DNA of 64,000 nt. It comes from Alphaproteobacteria bacterium. GTDB taxonomy: Bacteria > Pseudomonadota > Alphaproteobacteria > Sphingomonadales > JAKSBY01. Below, piece after piece: positions 9,023 to 17,589 of this stretch. Both the position numbers and the translations under genes were made by a program. Each line of letters starts with the position of its first letter. Position 1 is the stretch's first letter. The notes beneath the pieces are model-generated. The model did not search any database. It was not told where the DNA came from and was given only the letters and a program-made list of their open reading frames with translations. The stretch is from the NCBI GenBank assembly GCA_021774625.1, contig JAJFIV010000008.1:295045-359044 (forward strand), read 5' to 3'.

Positions 9023-10396
9023 ATGAGTTTCGAACATCTCGGTTTAAGCGATGGGATTCTGGCGGTTGTAGCCGATGCCGGCTACAGCGAGCCGACGCCT
9101 ATCCAGCATCAGGCGATCCCCTCCATTCTAATGGGGCGGGACATTCTGGGTATTGCGCAGACCGGCACCGGGAAAACCGCATCCTTCACCCTGCCCATGA
9201 TCGACATTCTTTCAGAGGGAAATGCCAAGGCCCGCATGCCGCGTTCCCTGATTTTGGAGCCGACGCGGGAACTGGCGGCACAGGTTTCGGAAAGCTTTGA
9301 AAAATATGGCAAGAATCATTCTCTGACCATGGCGTTGCTGATCGGCGGCGTCGCCTTTGGCGATCAGGATAAAAAACTGGACCGCGGGGTCGATGTGCTA
9401 ATCGCAACGCCGGGCCGCCTGATGGACCATTTTGAACGCGGCAAACTGATGTTGAACGGCGTTCAGATCCTGGTGGTGGATGAGGCGGACCGCATGCTGG
9501 ACATGGGCTTTATTCCCGACGTGGAACGCATCTGCACCATGCTGCCGAAAACGCGCCAGACCCTGTTTTTTTCGGCGACCATGCCGCCGGCCATCAAACG
9601 GCTGACCGATCAGTTTCTTGATGATCCGAAGCTGATTGAAGTGACTCCGGAGGCCGCGGCGGCGCCGACCGTCGTGCAGTCCATCATACAGGTCCATCCC
9701 CGCAGCAAACTGAAAACCCTGCGCAGCCTTTTGGAGCAAAAGGAAGTCGGGACCGCAATCATCTTTTGCAATCGCAAGGTTGAGGTGAAAAGCGTCTTTC
9801 CATCGCTGAAGAAATTTGGCTTTAATGTCGGCCAGCTTCACGGCGATATGGCCCAGACCGAGCGCATGGCCGAACTGGCGCGGTTTCGCAGCGGCGAGAT
9901 GACCATCCTGGTCGCCAGCGATGTGGCCGCCCGCGGACTGGATATTCCCGAGGTGTCCCACGTCATTAACTATGACGTGCCGATGCAGGCGGAGGATTAT
10001 ATCCACCGGATCGGCCGGACCGGCCGCGCAGGCCGTGAAGGTCATGCAATTACCATCGCCACCCGGGCGGACGAAAAATACGTGGCGGCCATTCAAAAAC
10101 TTATTGGCGGTAAAATTCGCGAGGCTGTGGCCGGAGGCCAGGCGGAACAGGGCGGCAATGCCGAAAAGGGAAAAGAAACGCCCCCGCAAAAAGAAGCGGC
10201 ACCGGCAAAATCATCCAAAGATATGGCGGCTGATAAAAAAAGCGCCGGCAAGCCTGACCGGCAGAAAAAACAGCGAAGATCAAAATCCCCCGCGGATGAC
10301 GTTGCCGCCATGGCGGATGCCGACAACGTGGTCGGCATGGGCGGCCACGTGCCGGCTTTTCTGGCAACCCCTGTCGGACGCGCATCCAAAAAATAA
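9023..10396 (+). CDS. DEAD-box RNA helicase (RhlE-like)
   Basis: AQTGTGKT, PTRELA, TPGR, DEAD, SAT, ARGLD, HRIGRTGR. Confidence 0.95.
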   Translation: MSFEHLGLSDGILAVVADAGYSEPTPIQHQAIPSILMGRDILGIAQTGTGKTASFTLPMIDILSEGNAKARMPRSLILEPTRELAAQVSESFEKYGKNHSLTMALLIGGVAFGDQDKKLDRGVDVLIATPGRLMDHFERGKLMLNGVQILVVDEADRMLDMGFIPDVERICTMLPKTRQTLFFSATMPPAIKRLTDQFLDDPKLIEVTPEAAAAPTVVQSIIQVHPRSKLKTLRSLLEQKEVGTAIIFCNRKVEVKSVFPSLKKFGFNVGQLHGDMAQTERMAELARFRSGEMTILVASDVAARGLDIPEVSHVINYDVPMQAEDYIHRIGRTGRAGREGHAITIATRADEKYVAAIQKLIGGKIREAVAGGQAEQGGNAEKGKETPPQKEAAPAKSSKDMAADKKSAGKPDRQKKQRRSKSPADDVAAMADADNVVGMGGHVPAFLATPVGRASKK

Positions 10397-10428
10397 AACG
10401 GCGCCATTATCTTCATAACAGCGCCGTT
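10397..10428 (-). terminator. Intrinsic terminator between convergent helicase and XRE genes
   Basis: AACGGCGC...GCGCCGTT stem followed by TTATTTTTT on the minus strand. Confidence 0.6.
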
Positions 10429-10452
10429 AACTCTAATTTTGAAGAAATTTTA

Positions 10453-10854
10453 TTAATTGACTTTGGTTGCGCCCATTTCTTCGGCGAGAAGTTTCATTAT
10501 TTTGTAAAGCCGCTTGCGCATGGCGGGATCGTTAATGCCATAAAAAACCCGGATCCATTCAAGCATTTCCCGGTCACCCGGGGTTTCATCCGGTCCTTTA
10601 CGGCCCTTGCCGCCTTTCCATTCCATTCCTTCATAATCTTCAAAGAAAAATGCAACGGGAACATCAAGAATTGTGCTCAGCCGGTAAAGCCGGCCGGAAC
10701 CAATACGATTGACGCCCCGCTCATACTTTTGAATCTGCTGGAACGTGATACCAAGCGCTTTACCCAAATTTTGCTGGGTCATACCCAGCATCGTTCGGCG
10801 CATACGAACTCTCTGCCCGACATGGACGTCCATGGGGTCAGCTTTTGAAGTCAT
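10453..10854 (-). CDS. XRE-family HTH regulator, PraR/PhrR-like
   Basis: DVHVGQRVRMRRTMLGMTQQNLGKALGITFQQIQKYERGVNRIG..RL...L.VPVAFFFE. Confidence 0.88.
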   Translation of the reverse strand: MTSKADPMDVHVGQRVRMRRTMLGMTQQNLGKALGITFQQIQKYERGVNRIGSGRLYRLSTILDVPVAFFFEDYEGMEWKGGKGRKGPDETPGDREMLEWIRVFYGINDPAMRKRLYKIMKLLAEEMGATKVN

Positions 10855-11120
10855 TTTAGGCTCCCTTTTTACTCATGTACAAATATTTAAAACAACCTCT
10901 CGGACATATCCATAATAAAATGCTTTTCGCAGAAGTCGAGAAAGTTTTGAGTATTTTTTTCAAATAAAAAAATTAAAATTCTATTTTAGCGGCAAGTAAC
11001 GGCACCCACCGCTGGAAAACCATAATGTTAAGGGAGCCTGCAGATTATGGACTTATCCGGATGCGGCGGGCGACGCTGCCTGATTTGGTTTTTTAAGCCT
11101 TTGATTTATTTCTATAATAT

Positions 11121-12518
11121 TTAGGCAGCCAGGCGTTGCGTAGTCTTTCTTTGCCGCCTCCTTGCCCGCACTATCACCGGCCCTCCCGGCCTTAACGTGG
11201 TCATCGGCACGGGTTCCAGGATCTGACCGGGAACAAGTTCCAGTGCGAACTCTTTGGCGAGAATTGCCAGGGTTAATGTTCCTTCCATTTCGGCGAATCG
11301 GTTGCCGAGGCATACATGGGGGCCGCCGCCAAAAGGAAAAAAGGCGTATTTCAGACGTTCCTCATCGCGCTGATCAAGGAAACGGTCCGGATCAAACCCT
11401 TCAGGATTATCCCAGAAGCCGGGATGGCGGTGCATGACATAAGGGTTCAGCATAACGGTTCCGCCCTTGGGGATAACAAAGCCGTTGAGATTGTCTTCTT
11501 CCACGGCGGCCCGGGTCATTGTCCAGGCCGGGGGATAGAGCCGGAGAATTTCCTTAAACACCGCCCGGGTGTATGTCAGGCGGCCGATGGCGCCGATATC
11601 GACGGGGGAACCGTCCAGAACAGCCTCCGCCTCTTCGGCAACCCTGTTCGCCACCCCTGGATATTTCGACAGCATACAGGTCAGCCAGGCCAGGGAATTG
11701 GCTCCGGTCTCGTGCCCCGCAAGCAAAACGGAGATCACCTGATCGCGCAAAGATTTCCGGGAATTATCATCAAAGCCGGCGGCCTCTTCCATCAAAATCA
11801 GCATCCCGAGCAGGTCATCCCCCCTGTCCCGGGCGTCAAGCCGCTCATTGATCAGCCGATAGACAATGGCGTCCAGAGCCCCGACATGCGCCCTGAAGGC
11901 CCTGTTCTTTTTTGTCGGCAGCCAGTCAAGCACGGGGAAGAAAGTCCACATGCGCCGTTCCACCTCGCGCAGCAGCGCAGTGAGCGAACGATAGACCGTC
12001 TTGGCGTCGTCGTCTGTCAGATCATTGGAGAAAAAGGAGCGCATGACGACATCAAGGGTCAGATGGGCTGCCTCATATGACATATCAAACGCTTCGTCCC
12101 GGCCGTGATACTCACGGATCCGCCCAACCAGAGCCTGGGTGGAATTCACCATATGGGCAACCATTTTCTTCAGGTTTGGACCGCTTACGGAGGGCTGCGC
12201 GGCCTGGCGCTGTTTCTGCCAGCCTTTGCCTTCAAGGGTAAACAGACCCTCGCCTAAAATAGGGGAGAGATGGCCATAATATTTACTGCGGACATAATTG
12301 TCGCGGTTATCCTGAAAAATGCGGCGAATAAGGTCCGGGTGATTGATCATATAAACCATATCCCGGCCCAGTTTCAGGGGCACCACATGGCCATAATCCC
12401 GCGACGCGCCGGTCAAAAAACCAAGCGGGTCGCGCCAAATCAGCGGCAATACACCCAGAACGGGAACACCCTTGGGCCCCAATCCAGGTTTCTTGAGTTG
12501 AGGCGATGCATTAGTCAT
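11121..12518 (-). CDS. Cytochrome P450
   Basis: I-helix AGHET, ExxR (EILR), FDPDRF, heme motif FGGGPHVCLG; start overlaps the upstream stop (ATGACTAA). Confidence 0.95.
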   Translation of the reverse strand: MTNASPQLKKPGLGPKGVPVLGVLPLIWRDPLGFLTGASRDYGHVVPLKLGRDMVYMINHPDLIRRIFQDNRDNYVRSKYYGHLSPILGEGLFTLEGKGWQKQRQAAQPSVSGPNLKKMVAHMVNSTQALVGRIREYHGRDEAFDMSYEAAHLTLDVVMRSFFSNDLTDDDAKTVYRSLTALLREVERRMWTFFPVLDWLPTKKNRAFRAHVGALDAIVYRLINERLDARDRGDDLLGMLILMEEAAGFDDNSRKSLRDQVISVLLAGHETGANSLAWLTCMLSKYPGVANRVAEEAEAVLDGSPVDIGAIGRLTYTRAVFKEILRLYPPAWTMTRAAVEEDNLNGFVIPKGGTVMLNPYVMHRHPGFWDNPEGFDPDRFLDQRDEERLKYAFFPFGGGPHVCLGNRFAEMEGTLTLAILAKEFALELVPGQILEPVPMTTLRPGGPVIVRARRRQRKTTQRLAA

Positions 12519-12822
12519 CTTCAGTCTCCAATCCGAGCATGTTCTCGATCTGAGCCAGGCTCACCCGGCTAAAAGAATCCGCATCCAAAAACACGGTTTC
12601 TGATCCTGCTCTCTGGGGTGACAGGCCGGTCCAGCCGTCTTTACAGGGCCTGCCGAGATATTCATTGATGGCCAGCGACGCAGAATTCAGCAGGTCCGCC
12701 ACAAACGACATTTCGAGCTTCCGCGATTCTTTCGCCAGATATTCAATGGCAATTTTTATCTCGACAGGTCCCGGCAAATCAGCAAGGGCCAAATCTTCAT
12801 TGTCGCCGATATATGTTTTCAT
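12511..12822 (-). CDS. Small hypothetical protein coupled to luxI and P450
   Basis: 103 aa; TAATG overlap with the luxI stop, SD AAGGA, 8-nt overlap with the P450 start. Confidence 0.75.
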   Translation of the reverse strand: MKTYIGDNEDLALADLPGPVEIKIAIEYLAKESRKLEMSFVADLLNSASLAINEYLGRPCKDGWTGLSPQRAGSETVFLDADSFSRVSLAQIENMLGLETEDD

Positions 12823-13472
12823 TATGCTGCTATCCTTCTCGGCTCGGCATAGGTTTCCGCGATCACCGGGGCATATATTCCTGAATTTTCACGAATAACA
12901 GCCAGCATCCGCTCCGAAATTTCAAAGGTCGCGACCTGAGCGATGCTATGCGGCAGTCTTTTCGGCTTGCTTGACCAGACCGGACTTGCGCCGACACGCC
13001 GTAAAAGCCGGCCGACACGGACGTCGTAAACCGTGATCACTTCCCTGATGCCGTTCGGGATACAATATTCGCCGAGCGCGCAAAGGAGCTCGGCCGTAAT
13101 CCTGCCAAATGCTTTCAGGCCGCATTCCGTCTCGCAGTCGGCATCCACGGCAAACCGGCTTGCCTCCCACATCCGGCTTTTTTCGGGGACGGGCGCGCCG
13201 CCCATCAGATCAGAAAACACATCCCGCAGCATGTTGGGCCCCTGGGTCGGCAGAAGCCGCCAAGTGGCGTTGACTGCGCCCGTTTCATCACTGGATACAA
13301 AATAAATCGGATTGAGCGAGGGATCGTCAAACTCGTCAATTTCCAGACCATTTTGAACTTTTACCTGCCAATTCTGTCTTTCCTTAAAAACCCGATACCG
13401 CAGGGCATGGACTTCCGTGCGGACACGCGGATTTGCCGCAAGTGAAACACTGTCATAAATGTGTATCATCAA
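12822..13472 (-). CDS. luxI: Acyl-homoserine-lactone synthase (LuxI family)
   Basis: LRYRVF..RQNW, EIDEFD, RLLPT.GP.ML..VF, WEASRF; the start may be the ATG at 13469. Confidence 0.95.
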   Translation of the reverse strand: MMIHIYDSVSLAANPRVRTEVHALRYRVFKERQNWQVKVQNGLEIDEFDDPSLNPIYFVSSDETGAVNATWRLLPTQGPNMLRDVFSDLMGGAPVPEKSRMWEASRFAVDADCETECGLKAFGRITAELLCALGEYCIPNGIREVITVYDVRVGRLLRRVGASPVWSSKPKRLPHSIAQVATFEISERMLAVIRENSGIYAPVIAETYAEPRRIAA

Positions 13473-13501
13473 TCCTTACTCCATTGTTGAAGGAGTAAGG
13501 A
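13473..13501 (-). promoter_or_regulatory. 10-bp hairpin sequestering the luxI Shine-Dalgarno
   Basis: Minus strand TCCTTACTCC-TTCAACAAT-GGAGTAAGGA directly before TTG ATG. Confidence 0.65.
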
Positions 13502-13519
13502 GGGCGTATATGCCTCTCG

Positions 13520-13551
13520 AAAAACACCTACCCGGCCGGGTAGGTGTTTTT
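13520..13551. promoter_or_regulatory. lux box inside a 32-bp perfect palindrome (possibly also the luxR terminator)
   Basis: AAAAACACCTACCCGGCCGGGTAGGTGTTTTT; core 13526-13545 is ACCT-N12-AGGT. Confidence 0.8.
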
Positions 13552-13580
13552 ATAAGTTAAAATGCAATAGGTGCTGGGCG

Positions 13581-14330
13581 CTACGGACGGATCAGATGCA
13601 TGGTGATTGCCTTGGTCACCGCGTAAACACGGGAGCTGGCCCCTAATTTCCGGCAGGCATTCCGGATGTGAAACTTTACACCGTCTTCGGATATTCCGAG
13701 GATAACGGAAATGTCCCAGCTGGATTTGCCGCGCGCCACCCAGGTCAGAATATCCGCTTCGCGCTCCGTCAGGGCGGGGCTGGGTTCGCCTTTACTGGAA
13801 AAAAACTTATCCCACAGGACATTATGATAAAAATTACCCAGCAGAATGAGGTCGGCGGCTCCCACCTTGCGGATTTCATTCATTTCGGACGTCAGGCCGT
13901 CAAAAGAAAAAGTCAGACAGGAAAATTCACCATTCGGCCCATTGATAGGCACCGAAACGCCGCGCTCGATACCGGCATCCGAGCCTTCGCCGCATATGCG
14001 TTTCTGTTTTTTCGACAACTGGTTATAGGAGGTGGTTTCATCCCAGGAAAACGGCATGCGCCGCGTTCTTGCCTTCACCAAAACCGGGTCGCAGAAAATG
14101 TAGTTTTTTTCAACATAGCGCTGGAGCCAGTAATCCGGATAATTGGTCGCATAATAGGACCGCATATCGGGAAAAGGCGGATAAAAGGAAAGATAGCTGT
14201 ATCCGCCAAAACCCAGCGAACTGCAGAAATCGGCTAATTTACCTTCCAACGCGCTGGCAGAATCGCATGCCAGCATCTCATCGAAGGTTCCTGATGCAAT
14301 GTCCATACAGCCCACACATCCAAAGCACAT
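13581..14330 (-). CDS. luxR: AHL-binding LuxR-family transcriptional regulator
   Basis: NYP..W..RY...Y..CDPV, PFSW, GVSVP, LTERE..IL.W...GKSSWDI..IL..SE..V.FH; the start may be 14306. Confidence 0.95.
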   Translation of the reverse strand: MCFGCVGCMDIASGTFDEMLACDSASALEGKLADFCSSLGFGGYSYLSFYPPFPDMRSYYATNYPDYWLQRYVEKNYIFCDPVLVKARTRRMPFSWDETTSYNQLSKKQKRICGEGSDAGIERGVSVPINGPNGEFSCLTFSFDGLTSEMNEIRKVGAADLILLGNFYHNVLWDKFFSSKGEPSPALTEREADILTWVARGKSSWDISVILGISEDGVKFHIRNACRKLGASSRVYAVTKAITMHLIRP

Positions 14331-14415
14331 TCCCCCGGCATATCCGGTTGCAGAGTATATACAACTTTAATAAAAAGCCAATAATTGCGTAAAAGAAACG
14401 GAAAATAAATTAAAA

Positions 14416-14790
14416 TTAGGATCCGGACTGTTTCCTTTTTGTTTTCTTCCTCTTTTTCTGTTTCGCCCGCAGGGCGGCCGCCACACCCTCCCTTGCCCAT
14501 TCGATCAATAAGTCCTGATCCTCCAGGCAGCCTTCCGGCGCAGAATAATAGGACATGCTCGCCGTCTTTCCGTCCTTCATCACAAAAGTAAAAGGCGCCA
14601 GATTGTTGCGTTCAAATTCTGCCCGGTTTTCATTATCAACCTTAAAATACAGCGCCTCGTCATCAAGAATGGCGAAGAATAATTCATCGCAATAAAGCCC
14701 GGCCCCGCCGAACATGCGTTTTACGCGGATAACACCCAGCGGGCTGAGCTGATCGGTGATAAAATCGAGGAATTCCCTGCTGACCGCCAT
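14416..14790 (-). CDS. TfoX/Sxy N-terminal domain protein
   Basis: KRMFGGAGLY...FFAI...LYFKVD...PFTF...MSYY. Confidence 0.85.
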   Translation of the reverse strand: MAVSREFLDFITDQLSPLGVIRVKRMFGGAGLYCDELFFAILDDEALYFKVDNENRAEFERNNLAPFTFVMKDGKTASMSYYSAPEGCLEDQDLLIEWAREGVAAALRAKQKKRKKTKRKQSGS

Positions 14791-14791
14791 A

Positions 14792-15127
14792 TCAGCGCTC
14801 CTGCCTGTTTTTTGTCTCTGGCGGCAGCCTCAATGTAAGACCGTCCAATGCGTCGGTTACGACGATCTGACAGCCGAGGCGGGACGTTTTTGCAACCCCG
14901 AATGTCAGGTCCAGCATATCATCCTCCTCTTCCAGCGGCTTTGGAATTTTATCGAAATAACGCCGGTCCACCAGAACATGACACGTGGAGCAGGCCATTG
15001 CGCCGCCACACGCCCCTTCTATATCAAGGCCGTATTTATGGGCAATTTCCAGCACCGTCAGGCCGGGCGGGACATTGAATTCCGCCTGTTCCGACCCGTC
15101 GGCACTGATGAATATGATCCTTGGCAT
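14792..15127 (-). CDS. fdx: Adrenodoxin-type [2Fe-2S] ferredoxin
   Basis: EGACGGAMACSTCHV...EDDMLD...SRLGCQI. Confidence 0.92.
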   Translation of the reverse strand: MPRIIFISADGSEQAEFNVPPGLTVLEIAHKYGLDIEGACGGAMACSTCHVLVDRRYFDKIPKPLEEEDDMLDLTFGVAKTSRLGCQIVVTDALDGLTLRLPPETKNRQER

Positions 15128-16290
15128 CAGGACCCCGTCGCCGGGTTATTTTTGCGGACGGCTTCTATGATCCGCCCGGCGGCAAACTCAAGTTCTTCCA
15201 AAGTGGTGAAGCGGCCGAACCCGATACGCAGCGAAGAGCTTGCCGCTGCTTCATCCAGTCCGAGAGCCTGTAGAACATAGGAAGGCCCTTCCATCGCGGA
15301 CGCGCAGGCTGCGCCGGACGACATGGCGATATCCCTGAGGTCGGCCAGCAGCCGGTCGCCGTCAGCACCCGGAAAGGTCAGATTGAGATTGCCGGGATAG
15401 CGCGCCCTCTCACTGCCATTGATGACGAGATCCGGAAGGCCTTCGCGCAGGCGCGAGAGAAAATGCGCTGCATTCCGCCCGGTTTCGGCAAGTTCCCGTT
15501 CCCGGCGCTCCGCGGCAATCACCGACGCCGCCCCCAGCCCGGCGCAGAGCGCCGGTGAAAGCGTCCCGGAACGAATGCCCGCCTCCTGACCGCCGCCATC
15601 CATCTGCGGCACAATCCGGCTTGCTTTCAGGTTCCGGACATACAGCGCGCCAATGCCCTTGGGGCCATATATTTTATGGCCGGATATACTCATCAAAGCC
15701 GCATTGATGTCATCCGCTGACAGTGGAATTTTGCCGAATGCCTGGGCGGCGTCCGTATGGAACGGCACCCCTTTTTCGCGGCAGAGCTCACCGATCTCCG
15801 CCAGCGGCTGAATGACGCCGATTTCATTATTGACCGCCATGACCGAAACCAGGGCCGTGCGGCCGGTCATGGCTTCGGCCAGCTGATTCATATCAAGAAG
15901 GCCATCACTGCCGACCGGCAGATACGTGATATCCGCTCCCGAACGCCCTGCCGCCGCTGCTGATTCCAGCACGCATTTATGCTCGGTCGCCACCGTGATC
16001 AGATGGTTCTTGTGCGGCAGGGATGCCGCCAGTGTGCCCTTGATCGCAAGATTGTTGGATTCCGTTGCGCCGGATGTGAAAATCATATCGACCGGATCAG
16101 CCCCGATGACAGCGGCCACCTGTTCCCGCGCAAGATCAACGGCCGCCTCCGTTTCCCATCCGAAGCGGTGCGTGACGGAATGCGGGTTGCCGAATCTGCC
16201 CTGAAGATAAGGCAGCATGGCATCGAGCACAGCCGGATCCAGAGGGGTTGTTGCCTGATAATCCAGATAGATGGAAGGCGTTACTGCCAT
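15127..16290 (-). CDS. iscS: Cysteine desulfurase (IscS-like)
   Basis: YLDYQATTP, FTSGATESNN, HTDAAQ, SGHKIYGPKG, SSGAAC. Confidence 0.9.
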   Translation of the reverse strand: MAVTPSIYLDYQATTPLDPAVLDAMLPYLQGRFGNPHSVTHRFGWETEAAVDLAREQVAAVIGADPVDMIFTSGATESNNLAIKGTLAASLPHKNHLITVATEHKCVLESAAAAGRSGADITYLPVGSDGLLDMNQLAEAMTGRTALVSVMAVNNEIGVIQPLAEIGELCREKGVPFHTDAAQAFGKIPLSADDINAALMSISGHKIYGPKGIGALYVRNLKASRIVPQMDGGGQEAGIRSGTLSPALCAGLGAASVIAAERRERELAETGRNAAHFLSRLREGLPDLVINGSERARYPGNLNLTFPGADGDRLLADLRDIAMSSGAACASAMEGPSYVLQALGLDEAAASSSLRIGFGRFTTLEELEFAAGRIIEAVRKNNPATGS

Positions 16291-16294
16291 ATTT

Positions 16295-17437
16295 TTACTC
16301 CACCGCGCGCTGTGTGCTGCGGGTCCTGCTGCGCTGATAATGTTCCCGCCAGGCTTTTACCAGCAGATCGATATCCTCGGCGACCGTCTGCCAGCCAAGG
16401 CTGACCCGAATGGCGGAGCCTGACAAACTCTTCCCATCCGCCGCCATGGCGGCAATCACATGCGATGGCGTCACCTTGCCGGAAGAGCAGGCGGACCCGG
16501 AGCTGACACAAATGCCGGCAATATCCATCGCCATGACCTGGGTTTCGCCGGCAAGACCCGGGACCGCGAAACAGGAAGTATTGGCCAGCCGTGCGACCCC
16601 GGCGCCAAAAAACTGCGCTTCCGGGGCGATCACGGCAATTTCATTTTCCAGCCGGTCCCTGAATGCCGCCAGTTTTGCATAGCCGGACAGGTCCGCAACG
16701 GCGATCTCCACCGCCGCGCCAAACCCGGCAATGCCGGCGAGATTTTCGGTGCCCGAACGGCGGCCCAGTTCCTGGCCGCCGCCGACAATCAACGCGGAAC
16801 CGGGAACGGATTCCCGGATCACCAGCGCGCCGACACCATGCGGCCCGCCAAGCTTGTGGGCGGAAATGCTCATAAAATCCGCACCGAGCGTCCGAAAGTC
16901 CACCGCTATCTTACCAAAAGCCTGGACTGCATCGCAGTGCAGAAGGCCGCCTTTTTCATGCACCAGCGAGGCAATAGCCGCTATCGGCTGAATGACGCCG
17001 GTTTCATTGTTGGCCAGCATGATCGAAACCAGCACCGGCATCTCACTCTCGCCCAGCATCTTTTCAAGCGCCGCCATGTCAACAAGACCATGACGATCCA
17101 CCGGGACAATCGAAACCGGCAATCCGCTCACCGCCGCCGCCGCACGGACGCTGTCATGCTCGATCGCCGAAAGGATCAGCGATTTGGCGCGGTTGTTCCT
17201 GAGCGCCGTATTGTTGGATTCCGTCCCGCCGCTGGTGAAGATGATTTCCTGCGGCTTGCAGTTAAGCGCGGTTGCGATTTTGGCCCGCGCCCGCTCGACG
17301 GTTTGCCGCGCCTGCCGCCCTCTGGCATGAACCGAAGAGGGATTGCCGCCGGTTGCAAGCATCGCGGTCATCATCTCGACCACCTGGGGTCTCGGCAATC
17401 CGGTCGCGTTATAGTCAAGGTAAATTTGTCGCTGCAT
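16295..17437 (-). CDS. Cysteine desulfurase family protein (NifS/IscS-like)
   Basis: YLDYNAT, FTSGGTESNN, HCDAVQ, SAHKLGGP, SSGSACSSG; start set at MQRQIY. Confidence 0.9.
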   Translation of the reverse strand: MQRQIYLDYNATGLPRPQVVEMMTAMLATGGNPSSVHARGRQARQTVERARAKIATALNCKPQEIIFTSGGTESNNTALRNNRAKSLILSAIEHDSVRAAAAVSGLPVSIVPVDRHGLVDMAALEKMLGESEMPVLVSIMLANNETGVIQPIAAIASLVHEKGGLLHCDAVQAFGKIAVDFRTLGADFMSISAHKLGGPHGVGALVIRESVPGSALIVGGGQELGRRSGTENLAGIAGFGAAVEIAVADLSGYAKLAAFRDRLENEIAVIAPEAQFFGAGVARLANTSCFAVPGLAGETQVMAMDIAGICVSSGSACSSGKVTPSHVIAAMAADGKSLSGSAIRVSLGWQTVAEDIDLLVKAWREHYQRSRTRSTQRAVE

Positions 17438-17589
17438 GGCAAAGACATAAGCCGTTGGCCGCCGGCATTCAATTTTTTTGATGCTCCGCACTACTTCAAG
17501 TAAAGACAATCCTTGCACGGCGGGGGACAAAATCTATATAAGAGCGGTTCCGCAAATGCGCTAGGCGCACCAGTAAAAAGTACCTATCT

